A stretch of DNA of 51,939 bases from Euryarchaeota archaeon UBA91 (GTDB lineage: Archaea; Thermoplasmatota; Poseidoniia; Poseidoniales; Poseidoniaceae): NCBI GenBank assembly GCA_002499705.1, contig DAMU01000056.1, positions 1-51,939 on the forward strand. Direction: 5' to 3'. How positions within the stretch are numbered: position 1 is the stretch's first letter; each line of letters begins with the position of its first letter. The position numbers were made by a program, and so were the translations under genes. Shown here piece by piece: positions 1-9,214 of this stretch. Below the pieces are notes generated by a model, which was given only the letters and a program-made list of their open reading frames with translations, had not been told where the DNA came from and did not search any database.

Positions 1-39
1 ATAAGGTCGAAGGAAACAACTTCGATTAGAGGGATAGGG

Positions 40-3000
40 ATGTATCTTCAAGCACTCGAAATATCAAACTTCAAATCGTTCAAAGGCGAGATTACCGTTC
101 CACTTGACCGAGGATTCACAGCCATTACTGGGCCGAATGGTTCAGGGAAATCGAACTGTGGAGACGCGATTCAATTTGTTCTTGGCCCTCGAAGTAACAA
201 AGTAATACGAGCTCAAAATGCGAAGGACCTCATTTTCAATGGAGGCAAGAACTCCAAACCTGCACGTTCATGCGAAGTTACACTTGTTTTTGCAAATCCA
301 TTACTTGCCAGCGGCCGTCGTCGCCTTCCATTAGACCAAGACGAAGTCCGTATGACTCGTGCAGTTCGATTATCAAAATCAAACAACACCATCACGACGT
401 ATTTACTCGATGGTGAAGAAAGTACTCAAAAGACATTCCACCGCCTCCTTGGTGCTGCTAATGCTCGACCAGATGGCTACAACATCGTCCTTCAAGGTGA
501 CGTTACGAAGTTAGCTAAAATGACTGCGAAAGAACGCAGAAAGGTTCTCGATGGTGTTGCAGGCGTCACTTCTTATGATGATGAAATTCGAAAGGCAGAC
601 CGTCAAAAAGAAATGGTTGAAGGATATATCGAACGTATTGGACTGCTTGAAGATGAACAAAAAGCACGTCTAAAAGATCTTACCAAAGAGAAGAACCTTG
701 CACTCAAAGTTCAAGATTTAGTGGCTGACCTTCAACAAGCTCGAATTGTGTCCGCTCAATCGAAATTAGCGAGTCAACAATCCGAACGGACCTACATGGT
801 TGAGGAGCGAGTAAGAATAGACGCTGAGGCGTCCCAATTGGAAGGAGAAGTCAAAGAAGGCGCGAAAGTGCTTTTGGAACTTGAAGATAAAATCGGCATC
901 CTCCAAAAGCAAATCGAAGACCTCATGGGTGGTGATTCGAATGGCTTGCTTGCCGCGATTAACCAACTCCAAATCTCAATTGCAACCAGTAACGACCGCA
1001 TAAGTGAAGCGGAGGATAAAGATCTCGAAGACAAAGAAGAATTAGTCGAACTTGCCGAATCACTTTTGCAAGCACAGAATTCACTCGGAGAATTCAAACA
1101 GGAATTGAGCAACGCTGGAACCGATTTGAAAAATGCTGAGACTGCACTTGAAGAAGCCAAGAAAGAAGAGTCTGAAGTTCAAACCCTCCTCGAGTCTTCA
1201 GGCACTGCAAATGCAGAACTTTCACGTGCTCTTTCCAAAGCGATTTCTGAAGTTGAAACTGCAACTGAGGCGTTGCAATTAGCACAGAATGAAGTCAATC
1301 GGGTTGCTACGCAAGCAGAAATGCTGGATGAGCAATTGAGTACAGCACAAGAAGCCGCAGAAAGTGCTCGACTTGCACTGGGAGAATCACAGTTGGTCGG
1401 TGAAGAACTGGGTGCAGATTCTCCTGACCAAGACCGCCGTAAACTCGGTGACCAATTACTCACTGCACAGCGTTCAGAAGCCAAATTGGCCGAAGAGTCA
1501 CAAGCTGTGGAAACTCGATTACGAGAGACAGAGCGAAAACTGAATACTGCAAAGAATGAACTCGAGAACCGAAGCGGTGCTAAAGGCATGGCAGGCGGTG
1601 CTGCTGCTATTATTGCCGCACGAGACCGTGGAGAGCTATCTGGTGTGATTGGAACCGTTGCAGAACTTTGTCAACCACGAGACCCCGCTCATACTGATGC
1701 ACTTGCAACCGCCATTGGCGGAGGTATGACTTCCGTTGTAGTCGACAACGATGAAGTCGCAGCAAAAGCCATTCAATGGCTGGCTCAAAACAAAGCAGGA
1801 AGGGCTACTTTCCTTCCTCTCAATAAACTCACTCAATCCCGTGCTGCTGGAAAGGCAATGATGGTTGCAAAGAAACCTGGTGTCATCGGTTTTGCTAATG
1901 AATTACTGGATTACGATCCTCGTATCGACGTTGCAGTTCGTTTCGTTTTACGAAACACGCTGATTGTCGATAACATGTCCACTGCACGAATGAACATGGG
2001 TGGCGTCCGATTAGTCACTCTCCGGGGCGATGTTACTGAAGCAGGAGGTGCAATGGTCGGTGGTTCAAAGCGAAGAATGACCGTTACATTCGGAGGAAAT
2101 ATTCAGGGAGCAAGCGAAGTTGAAGCCCTTGCCGCAGATGTCGAACGATTCCGTTTAATGGCAGACACTGTCAATGGAGCCTTAACTGAAGCTCGCAGCC
2201 TTCAAACACAACTGCGAGTCAAAATCAACGCTCTTTCTGAAGGCGACCATGCTGTACGATTCCAAGAATGGCGTGCTGAACACAAGCAAGCGCAAACAAA
2301 TCACAACAATGCGCTTGGTGAAGTGGCTACTCTTGAGAAGCGTTTGGTTGAACTCAAACTCGAAGGGACCAATAAAATCCGTGACCATGACCAGGCTCAC
2401 CAGGGACTGACAACTGCGAATGAACAACGCTCAGTTGCTCAAACGGCCTTAGAAGATGCAAGTCCTGAACACCTCAAGGACCGTTTACATGCTGCTGAAG
2501 TAAAGCGTATTGAAGCAGAAGGTCTCAAAGCACAAGCAGAGATTTCACTCAATGGTGATTCAAGCCATCAAAACCTTTTGAGCAGCCGAGTTGATGAAAT
2601 CGCACAACGAATTACCTTGCTTGAAGGGAACGCAATTACTCGAAGTGAAAAAATAGATTCATTACAAGCAGGCATAGCCACTGATTCTATAGACCTCAAG
2701 AAAAAAGAAGACGAACGATTCCAATTCCTTGAAGAGAACCAAGGACTTGAGGAAGAGCGTGTAGAATTAATTGAAGAGCGAAGCGGTTTACATGTCACAC
2801 TTCAACAAAAAGCAACCGATGCTCGTTCACGACGCGTCATGGTTGAAGAAATGGGCCGTGCTCTGACATTGAAAGATGCATCCATTCAAGAAACGCTGCA
2901 AGAAATGTCAGAAAACAACATCGAGGCGGCTCACGAAGATACCGTGTTGCCGAGTGTAGGCGACGCTGAACGTAATGAACGCACATTGCAACGTCGACTG

Positions 3001-3954
3001 GATTCTTACGGTCCGGTCAACATGTTGGCGATTGAGCAATATGATGCATGCGAGGCCCGTCTCTCTGAAATGAAAGGTGATTTCAAAACGCTTCAAGACC
3101 GTCGCAAGCATCTTATCGATGTCACTGAGAAACTTGAAAGCCAACGAAAATCTCGTCTTCTTAATGTTCTTGAGAAGGTCAATGAGAATTTCAAAGTCGC
3201 CTACAAGTCTCTTAGCGACGGTGGCAGAGGAGAATTATTCCTTGAAAACAAGGATGAACCGTTCAAAGGCGGACTGGAATTATGGGCACAACCTCGAGGT
3301 AAGTCAGCGAAAGTCACGCGCCACCAACTTTCCGGAGGCGAGCAATCTATGGCGGCTTTGGCGCTTATTTTCGCAATTCAAGATTACGACCCAAGTCCAT
3401 TCTACTACTTTGACGAAGTTGACCAGAATTTGGACGGTTACAATGCCGAGCGAATTGCACTGATGTGCAGAGAGCGAAGTAAGCGTGCTCAATTCATCAT
3501 GGTAACGCTTCGAAAGGTTTCCCTGCGTCTTGCTGACCATCACATTGGAATTACTCACGGTGGCGATGGATGCAGCCGCCGAATCGTTGACTTCGACCGT
3601 GATCAAGCGATTGCTCTTGGCGAACAAGCTCTTGCTGAGGCTGAAAAGGCAGAAAAGATGGTTCGTTCACGAATTGAAGAAGCCTCTGCAGCAGCACACG
3701 ATATGCCAGAGGTCCCAGAACCATTGGCAACGCCGAATAGCCTCGGAGGATTGCTGAACCACATGGCTACTGTCGAAACCGAGGACACTCCAGAACCAGA
3801 GGCAGGCCTTGGATTGACTGCGCTTTCAGAGCGAACAGCCGACATGACAGAAGATATCGAAGAATATGCTGAAGTGGCTCAGGCCATTCAAGCGGTAGAA
3901 GCCGAAGAGCAAGCGGCTGAAGAGACCACAGAAGCCGAGGAAGAAACAGTTTGA
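40..3954 (+). CDS. smc: SMC chromosome segregation ATPase with an acidic C-terminal extension
   Basis: 1304-aa ORF. Walker A FTAITGPNGSGKSN. Long E/K/Q/L-rich coiled-coil arms. Hinge segment GVIGTVAELC...AIGGGMTSVVVD. ABC signature LSGGEQSMAALALIFA. Walker B FYYFDEVDQNLD. Directly followed by scpA and scpB. Confidence 0.95.
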   Translation: MYLQALEISNFKSFKGEITVPLDRGFTAITGPNGSGKSNCGDAIQFVLGPRSNKVIRAQNAKDLIFNGGKNSKPARSCEVTLVFANPLLASGRRRLPLDQDEVRMTRAVRLSKSNNTITTYLLDGEESTQKTFHRLLGAANARPDGYNIVLQGDVTKLAKMTAKERRKVLDGVAGVTSYDDEIRKADRQKEMVEGYIERIGLLEDEQKARLKDLTKEKNLALKVQDLVADLQQARIVSAQSKLASQQSERTYMVEERVRIDAEASQLEGEVKEGAKVLLELEDKIGILQKQIEDLMGGDSNGLLAAINQLQISIATSNDRISEAEDKDLEDKEELVELAESLLQAQNSLGEFKQELSNAGTDLKNAETALEEAKKEESEVQTLLESSGTANAELSRALSKAISEVETATEALQLAQNEVNRVATQAEMLDEQLSTAQEAAESARLALGESQLVGEELGADSPDQDRRKLGDQLLTAQRSEAKLAEESQAVETRLRETERKLNTAKNELENRSGAKGMAGGAAAIIAARDRGELSGVIGTVAELCQPRDPAHTDALATAIGGGMTSVVVDNDEVAAKAIQWLAQNKAGRATFLPLNKLTQSRAAGKAMMVAKKPGVIGFANELLDYDPRIDVAVRFVLRNTLIVDNMSTARMNMGGVRLVTLRGDVTEAGGAMVGGSKRRMTVTFGGNIQGASEVEALAADVERFRLMADTVNGALTEARSLQTQLRVKINALSEGDHAVRFQEWRAEHKQAQTNHNNALGEVATLEKRLVELKLEGTNKIRDHDQAHQGLTTANEQRSVAQTALEDASPEHLKDRLHAAEVKRIEAEGLKAQAEISLNGDSSHQNLLSSRVDEIAQRITLLEGNAITRSEKIDSLQAGIATDSIDLKKKEDERFQFLEENQGLEEERVELIEERSGLHVTLQQKATDARSRRVMVEEMGRALTLKDASIQETLQEMSENNIEAAHEDTVLPSVGDAERNERTLQRRLDSYGPVNMLAIEQYDACEARLSEMKGDFKTLQDRRKHLIDVTEKLESQRKSRLLNVLEKVNENFKVAYKSLSDGGRGELFLENKDEPFKGGLELWAQPRGKSAKVTRHQLSGGEQSMAALALIFAIQDYDPSPFYYFDEVDQNLDGYNAERIALMCRERSKRAQFIMVTLRKVSLRLADHHIGITHGGDGCSRRIVDFDRDQAIALGEQALAEAEKAEKMVRSRIEEASAAAHDMPEVPEPLATPNSLGGLLNHMATVETEDTPEPEAGLGLTALSERTADMTEDIEEYAEVAQAIQAVEAEEQAAEETTEAEEETV

Positions 3955-3963
3955 GGTGATTTC

Positions 3964-5175
3964 ATGACTGAGCAACAATCGGGTCTGGATAAATGGTTCC
4001 TTCGCCAGGACGTCATCGACCAATTGTTAGCATCAGGTGAAGAATCACAGGAAGCGGCTTTGTTTGGTGACAAAATCATGGCTATTGCTGAAACGGAAGA
4101 AGCGGAACATCAGACACTCATTGACCCCTTTGACCGTTCTGTAGCACTCGTACTCTCTCTGGTGAGAGAAGAAGGTCTTGATGCCTGGAATATCGATCTC
4201 TCGAGTTTCTTGAAAGTATTTACTGCAAGGGTAAAATCCGAAGCAGCCAATCTTGATTTACCTGCATGTGGGCGATTGATTCGACTCTCATGGGAAGTAC
4301 TTCACCAACAAGCAGAGGACCTTTTTGATCGTGTTCAATACGTTGATGAAGATGATTGGGATGACGGTCTTGGTTTTGGTTGGGAAGCAGATTACAATGA
4401 TGAAGACTTCTTCTTTACCAATTCGATTCTTCAAGGGAGTGCAGACGAGATTCTCCCCGACCTTTTAGAAAACCGAGTTCGTAGAGATGAAGGCCGTCCA
4501 GTGACTTTGGTAGAACTTCTTTCAGCGTTCAAAGACGCTTCTGATGATGCTGAAACACTTCGCCTGCGTGAGGAAAACAGATTGGCTCATGAAGAAGAGT
4601 TGAAAGAATATCTTGCAGACGTTGGTGGCAGAATGCACAATGAAGATCTTGAAGGCGACATCAAGCGTTGCTGGCAAGCACTTCGCACCTCGTGCCTTGA
4701 TGCTGGACAGACCAAAGTTCCCGTTTTGCAAGTGATGAATGAACTCAAACCGATTCTTGAACAAGCATTCGGTTCAATTCCTGAAGGATATGATGATGAA
4801 GCGAAGGTCGCATCTTTCATCGCTGGACTTTTCCTCACGCATCGAGGCTTTGCCTCAATTACCCAAGACAGCGTGCCTGATGGCGAGATTTTCCTTGAAG
4901 ATTCATGGCCTCAGATAGAGACTTTTGAAGAAATTAAAGAATTGATAGAAAGCCAACAAGCGGCAGAAAACGAGCGAATTCAAGAGCAGGATTCCGGTTC
5001 GGTTCGTCATGCCAAACTTCGTGCTGAAAAGGCCCGTCTAGCAGAAGAATCTGCTTTACGCAAAGAGGAACGTGCTCTTGCTAAACTGGAAAAGGAACAA
5101 GCAGTTGTCGAAGTTCCTCAATCCAAAGACATTGAAGAACAGTCGTATGACAACCATGAATGGTTGGTTGAATGA
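3964..5175 (+). CDS. scpA: Segregation and condensation protein A (kleisin, ScpA-like)
   Basis: 403-aa ORF starting 9 nt after the smc stop, with GAGGTGAT 7 nt upstream of the ATG. The N-terminal segment FDRSVALVLSLVREEGLDAWNIDLSSFLKVF resembles the ScpA N-terminal helix region. It sits between smc and scpB. Acidic inserts and a charged C-terminal tail are atypical. Confidence 0.75.
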   Translation: MTEQQSGLDKWFLRQDVIDQLLASGEESQEAALFGDKIMAIAETEEAEHQTLIDPFDRSVALVLSLVREEGLDAWNIDLSSFLKVFTARVKSEAANLDLPACGRLIRLSWEVLHQQAEDLFDRVQYVDEDDWDDGLGFGWEADYNDEDFFFTNSILQGSADEILPDLLENRVRRDEGRPVTLVELLSAFKDASDDAETLRLREENRLAHEEELKEYLADVGGRMHNEDLEGDIKRCWQALRTSCLDAGQTKVPVLQVMNELKPILEQAFGSIPEGYDDEAKVASFIAGLFLTHRGFASITQDSVPDGEIFLEDSWPQIETFEEIKELIESQQAAENERIQEQDSGSVRHAKLRAEKARLAEESALRKEERALAKLEKEQAVVEVPQSKDIEEQSYDNHEWLVE

Positions 5176-5795
5176 GAGGGAAAGAAATGTCAGAAGTTCC
5201 TGTGGATACGCTGTTAGAAGCCACATTGTTTGGTGCGGGTCGCTCGATGAGTGTTGCAGAACTTTCTACAGCCCTTGGATATGATGAAGATGAGATGCTT
5301 GACTCCTTGTATTCACTCCGTTCAACGCTCAAACGTCGCCGAGGTGGTGCTTTACAAGTGGCAGAAGTCGGAGATAGGTGGGCCATTGAAGTCAAACCTG
5401 AGGTTGCCAGCCATCTGCCAAAGGGAACTAAAACAGAAATTCCGCAGAAACTTCTCAAAGCTGCTGCACTCATCGCTTATCACCAACCCATGCCTCAATC
5501 TCGATTGGTCGAATTGTTGGGACAGAAAGCTTACGATTATGTCCGAGAATTGGCTCAATTAGGGATGGTAGACCGTAGAAAGGATGGAAATACCCGCCGT
5601 CTTTCAACAACTCGCAGGTTTTCTGAAATATTTGGATGCCCTTACACTGACCGTAAGAAAGTCAAGAAATGGTTTCGCGAACAGGTCAAAACCACCGGCC
5701 TATTCGATGGTATGGAAGACGCTGCAGTTCTTCAAGAAGAATCTGAAATCGATGGTTTGATCCAATCGACCTTACCCATTGGCGAAGAAGAGTGA
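5172..5795 (+). CDS. scpB: Segregation and condensation protein B (ScpB)
   Basis: ATGA overlap with the scpA stop (an alternative ATG lies at 5187). Two wHTH-like halves: EATLFGAGRSMSVAELSTALG...LQVAEVGDRWAIEV and LKAAALIAYHQPMPQSRLVELLGQKAYDYVRELAQLGMVDRR...TTRRFSEIFG, matching the ScpB pattern. Confidence 0.8.
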   Translation: MRGKEMSEVPVDTLLEATLFGAGRSMSVAELSTALGYDEDEMLDSLYSLRSTLKRRRGGALQVAEVGDRWAIEVKPEVASHLPKGTKTEIPQKLLKAAALIAYHQPMPQSRLVELLGQKAYDYVRELAQLGMVDRRKDGNTRRLSTTRRFSEIFGCPYTDRKKVKKWFREQVKTTGLFDGMEDAAVLQEESEIDGLIQSTLPIGEEE

Positions 5796-5806
5796 CATTC
5801 ACTCTT
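5788..5806. terminator. Hairpin plus T-tract at the convergent scpB / hmgA gene ends
   Basis: AAGAGTG (5788-5794) pairs with CACTCTT (5800-5806) around the loop ACATT, and a run of T follows on the + strand. The hairpin spans both stop codons of the convergent genes. Function is inferred only. Confidence 0.3.
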
Positions 5807-7097
5807 TTCGCAATTGTTCTAACAGTTCACCGACAAGAGTTTGAGTTTTAGGACCAGTTGCTTGCTGTAAGCGTGCGGCTACAATTTCAATTTCTTCCCC
5901 GACTGCACCTGCAGAAACCGCCATATTGCGTGCGTGCAGTTTCATGTGTCCTGCCTGAATTCCTTTGGTCGAAAGCGCTCGAAGCGCCCCTAAGTTTTGA
6001 GATAATCCTGCTGCAGCTATGATTCCAGCCAATTCCTGGGCCGATTCTACTCCAAGTATGGAAAGATTCGCTTGAGCAACAGGATGGACCTTAGAGGCCC
6101 CTCCAACGGTCCCTACGGCCATTGGTGTCTCGATAGAGCCAACGAGATTCCCATCAGCATCCTTTTCCCACATGGTCATTGAACCATACTGTTCGTTACT
6201 GTGAGCAGCCCATGCGTGACATCCTGCCTCGATAGCACGCCAATCTTGCCCGCAAGCCACTGCTACACTGCTAATCGCATTCATGACGCCCTTGTTGTGC
6301 GTAGCCGCTCGAAACGGGTCAGCCATGGCAAAGTGTTGCGCTTCAAGTATGCCTTCAATGACCGTAAGACCATTCTCATGTGTTCCATCTTCTGAAATTT
6401 CTTCCGGGGTAAAGACGGCACGAACACGGGCTAAACGGTATGCTGCGAGGTTAGAAAGAATTCGCAGATGAACTCTTCCACCGGTGATATCTTCCAGGCG
6501 TGGAGCAATCAATTCCGCCATCGTGTTGACGGCATTTGCCCCCATTGCATCTCGGCAATCAACCACAATGTGGGCAATGAGCATTGGGCCGCTAAGAGAA
6601 TCAAGAAGACGAGTTTCGATACGCTTACATCCACCACCAAGTCGAATCATGGTTGAAGGAAGGCTGTTGCACAAAGCCATCAGCTCTTCAGCATTCGAAA
6701 GAACAGCCTGCTCTGCCTTTTCCCAGTCACTGCATTCCAAAATTTGCAATTGTGCAATCATCATTGGAGCATCTGAATTGGTGTGAAATCCGCCGTTTTT
6801 CAGGCAACGTTTCGCCATATTCGAGGCTGCAGCGACCACACTTGACTCTTCTAAACAGAAAGGAATGAGGTAATGCTTGCCATCGATGACGAAGTTAGTT
6901 GCAACACCTACAGGAAGGGACATCGTTCCTATTACGTTCTCTATCATGCGGTCTGCGGCCTCTTCGCTTAATGCTCCACAGGCTTCCAATGCTGCGATTT
7001 GCTGGTCCGTAAGATCGGCCATATCTGCAACGATTTGACGACGTTCAGCAACACTATGTCGAAAAAACCCACTCAAGCGACTGTTTTCGACCGGCAT
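5799..7097 (-). CDS. hmgA: Class II (bacterial/Thermoplasma-type) HMG-CoA reductase
   Basis: ENVIGTMSLPVGVATNFVIDGKHYLIPFCLEESSVVAAASNMAKR matches the class II signature (EExSVVAAAS rather than class I PMATTEG). DAMGANAVNTMAE and GIQAGHMKLHARN are also present. The ORF extends to 7142, but the internal Met (MPVENSRLSGF, 7097) is the more likely start. Confidence 0.9.
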   Translation of the reverse strand: MPVENSRLSGFFRHSVAERRQIVADMADLTDQQIAALEACGALSEEAADRMIENVIGTMSLPVGVATNFVIDGKHYLIPFCLEESSVVAAASNMAKRCLKNGGFHTNSDAPMMIAQLQILECSDWEKAEQAVLSNAEELMALCNSLPSTMIRLGGGCKRIETRLLDSLSGPMLIAHIVVDCRDAMGANAVNTMAELIAPRLEDITGGRVHLRILSNLAAYRLARVRAVFTPEEISEDGTHENGLTVIEGILEAQHFAMADPFRAATHNKGVMNAISSVAVACGQDWRAIEAGCHAWAAHSNEQYGSMTMWEKDADGNLVGSIETPMAVGTVGGASKVHPVAQANLSILGVESAQELAGIIAAAGLSQNLGALRALSTKGIQAGHMKLHARNMAVSAGAVGEEIEIVAARLQQATGPKTQTLVGELLEQLRKE

Positions 7098-7207
7098 ACG
7101 TCCACGTCCAGTTGTCCCACATGCCTGTAGACCATCAAGCAATCGGCATCAGGGCCTTGAAAAGGTGGATTTCCATTTTCCATCAATTGTCGCTCATCCA
7201 GATTTTC

Positions 7208-7264
7208 TTAACGGGTTTAACGCTTTGGTTAACGCGTTAATATTGCGTTAAATTACTGTTAACG
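7208..7264. repeat. Array of six TTAACG/CGTTAA hexamers, including the palindrome TTAACGCGTTAA
   Basis: Forward copies start at 7208, 7217, 7229 and 7259. Reverse copies start at 7235 and 7246. The 12-bp perfect palindrome lies at 7229-7240. One-mismatch copies are at 7294 (TTAACA) and 7304 (CTAACG). The array lies in the divergent intergenic region between hmgA and the 7340 gene. Confidence 0.6.
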
Positions 7265-7339
7265 GAGGCATTTAGACAAAGGCGGTAATGAGATTAACAT
7301 GTCCTAACGCATCTCTCGAACCCCTCTTTATGCTCAAAG

Positions 7340-9214
7340 ATGAAATACCCAAAGAGGATTGCTCGAATCATGCGAGTTGTTGGAAAAGATATGGACCTAC
7401 CTCCCCTTGAGACGAATCCATTCTCGACTTTAGCCCTTGAAGCGAGTGATTCTAACCTCTTAGTCGGGCGCCAGCACACACTTCGAGTGCTTTCTCAATA
7501 CATACAGTTCCGTTCACCTCGCAGGATTTTATTGGTTGGCGAACATGGTTCAGGAAGGACCTCACTGCTTCGCTGTGTCTCGAAAATGTCACCAATTGCA
7601 GTCCATATCGACCATATTCCACCCAGAGATGCAGGACTTAGTTTGTTGAAAGACATCTATTCCCGATTTGTAAATTCTACAGTTCCTGAAAATCGAAATG
7701 AATTAACGAAGAAAATACTGGAAGCATCACAGAGTTATACCAATGCTTTGCCCCTCATTGTTATCGATGCATCAACGGTTGAAATTTCTGCCCTCAATGT
7801 GGCTCTGCGAGACACTTTACCCACCCTCGAACGAATTCAAGCAGTGATTGTTATCGTTCTTGAGACCAAGGACAAAACCATGCTCCACGAATCAATTTTG
7901 CAAAAATTAGACCAGATGAAACCTCTAGCTAACCTCAATTTAGAAGAGGTTCAACTTTTGGTAGAGCGACGCATTGAACAGTCAACTGGTCAACAGTTTC
8001 AGTTCGATCACGAAGATGCTCAACACCTTCTGGAGCAGACTTCGGGTCTGCCTTCTGATGTAATACGGGTCATGCGTGACGCAATTGACCATGCGAAAAT
8101 GTCTCAATATACCTATGTTGAACCGCAATACACCTCCAACAAACCCGTTTCAGAGCCACTTTTCGATGCTTCATTGTTTGAATCTCCTCCGCATTCATCG
8201 TTTGAATCAGTGCTTTCAGAGCCTGCTGAGTCACTGGATACGGTTGATGAAGAATTAGAAGTTGATGAAGCAGCACTGCAGATGGAGCAGGATACGAAAA
8301 TTATGGAAAGTCTTGAAGACATGAATTTTGATCTTAATCTTGACCAGTTGAATGAAGACCAAGATAATCAAGAAGAACTGAAAATACTCGAGTCTATTGA
8401 AGACATGCAGGAAGGCTACGGAGCGGCACCGGCGATTGCCAAACCCGATGTCCATGAGCGCCCTCCTCTGGATGAACTTACGCCAGCAGGGATGACGGGA
8501 CTTTTCTCCCGCAGTCGCTCTTTCCTTGACATGGAACAGGATGATGCACCTGAAGCAAACCTCGTCGAACAGGCAGGGGGCGTTGAACTGTGGGAAGACC
8601 CTTCTCTACAACCTGCTGAAGAAGTCGTGGAGGAGATCAGTGAAGAGGAATCTGCTTACATGCTCCATAATGAGGTTGGGTTCATCGAGGATGAACCTAT
8701 CGAGGTTGAATTCGATGAAATGCAGACAGATATTGAGGCAGTCGAAGACGATTTCGAACTTGATTTTGATACTGCCCCAATTGGCAATGGATTGTTGAGT
8801 GAATTAGCAGGTATGGTGCCGGTAATGAAAGCGCTGCAATTGGCCATCATGACTCCAGACGAGAATGGAACTGCGATTCAGAGAAGAAAATTGGTTGAAG
8901 CACTCGAAGCATTTCAACGCAAACCCAGCGGCCAAAAGCAAGACTATGCCCTGAATGCAGCGGTTCTTTCTGCCTTGACCGGGCATGAAATCGCCATAAT
9001 ATCAATTGCTCATTACCGAAGATATTCACCATCGGATGAAGAATTGCTCCAACAATTGAATATCAAGCGAGCAAGGCTTTCTCAAATCAGTAACCGATTG
9101 CTGAAAGCAGGTGTTTTGAGTGTTCGAACACTTGGACGTAACAGATATTACGAATTAACCCAAGCCGCTCGAGCCCAATTGATTGCTTGGAATGTGATAG
9201 GAGGTGAGAACTGA
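7340..9214 (+). CDS. P-loop (Orc1/Cdc6- or STAND-like) ATPase with a long acidic disordered linker and a C-terminal winged-helix domain
   Basis: N-terminus NPFSTLALE...LLVGRQHTL. Walker A LLVGEHGSGRTSLL. Walker B PLIVIDAS. Lid-like LANLNLEEVQLLVERRI. A very D/E-rich linker spans roughly residues 265-500. C-terminal wHTH-like ALTGHEIAIISIAHYRRYSPSDEELLQQLNIKRARLSQISNRLLKAGVLSVRTLGRNRYYELT. The start may be a downstream Met (7370 or 7391). Confidence 0.6.
   Translation: MKYPKRIARIMRVVGKDMDLPPLETNPFSTLALEASDSNLLVGRQHTLRVLSQYIQFRSPRRILLVGEHGSGRTSLLRCVSKMSPIAVHIDHIPPRDAGLSLLKDIYSRFVNSTVPENRNELTKKILEASQSYTNALPLIVIDASTVEISALNVALRDTLPTLERIQAVIVIVLETKDKTMLHESILQKLDQMKPLANLNLEEVQLLVERRIEQSTGQQFQFDHEDAQHLLEQTSGLPSDVIRVMRDAIDHAKMSQYTYVEPQYTSNKPVSEPLFDASLFESPPHSSFESVLSEPAESLDTVDEELEVDEAALQMEQDTKIMESLEDMNFDLNLDQLNEDQDNQEELKILESIEDMQEGYGAAPAIAKPDVHERPPLDELTPAGMTGLFSRSRSFLDMEQDDAPEANLVEQAGGVELWEDPSLQPAEEVVEEISEEESAYMLHNEVGFIEDEPIEVEFDEMQTDIEAVEDDFELDFDTAPIGNGLLSELAGMVPVMKALQLAIMTPDENGTAIQRRKLVEALEAFQRKPSGQKQDYALNAAVLSALTGHEIAIISIAHYRRYSPSDEELLQQLNIKRARLSQISNRLLKAGVLSVRTLGRNRYYELTQAARAQLIAWNVIGGEN

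Noticed and set aside
766-1589. Several 60-136-aa ORFs antisense to smc (for example 792-1160 and 1179-1589)
   Set aside because: They lie entirely inside a confidently identified gene. Their Ser/Ala/Cys-rich low-complexity translations are the expected mirror of coiled-coil codons. No start context or motif supports them.
7098-7142. N-terminal extensions in the ORF track (hmgA to 7142, rps6e to 12812, dph2 to 15328, the acyl-CoA dehydrogenase from 16399, the EF-hand protein to 19333, DUF2085 from 26741, hel308 from 48984)
   Set aside because: The extensions arise from the longest-ORF or alternative-start convention. They overlap neighbouring genes or add non-conserved residues. Internal Met codons with SD-like motifs, or homologue-matched N-termini, were preferred.
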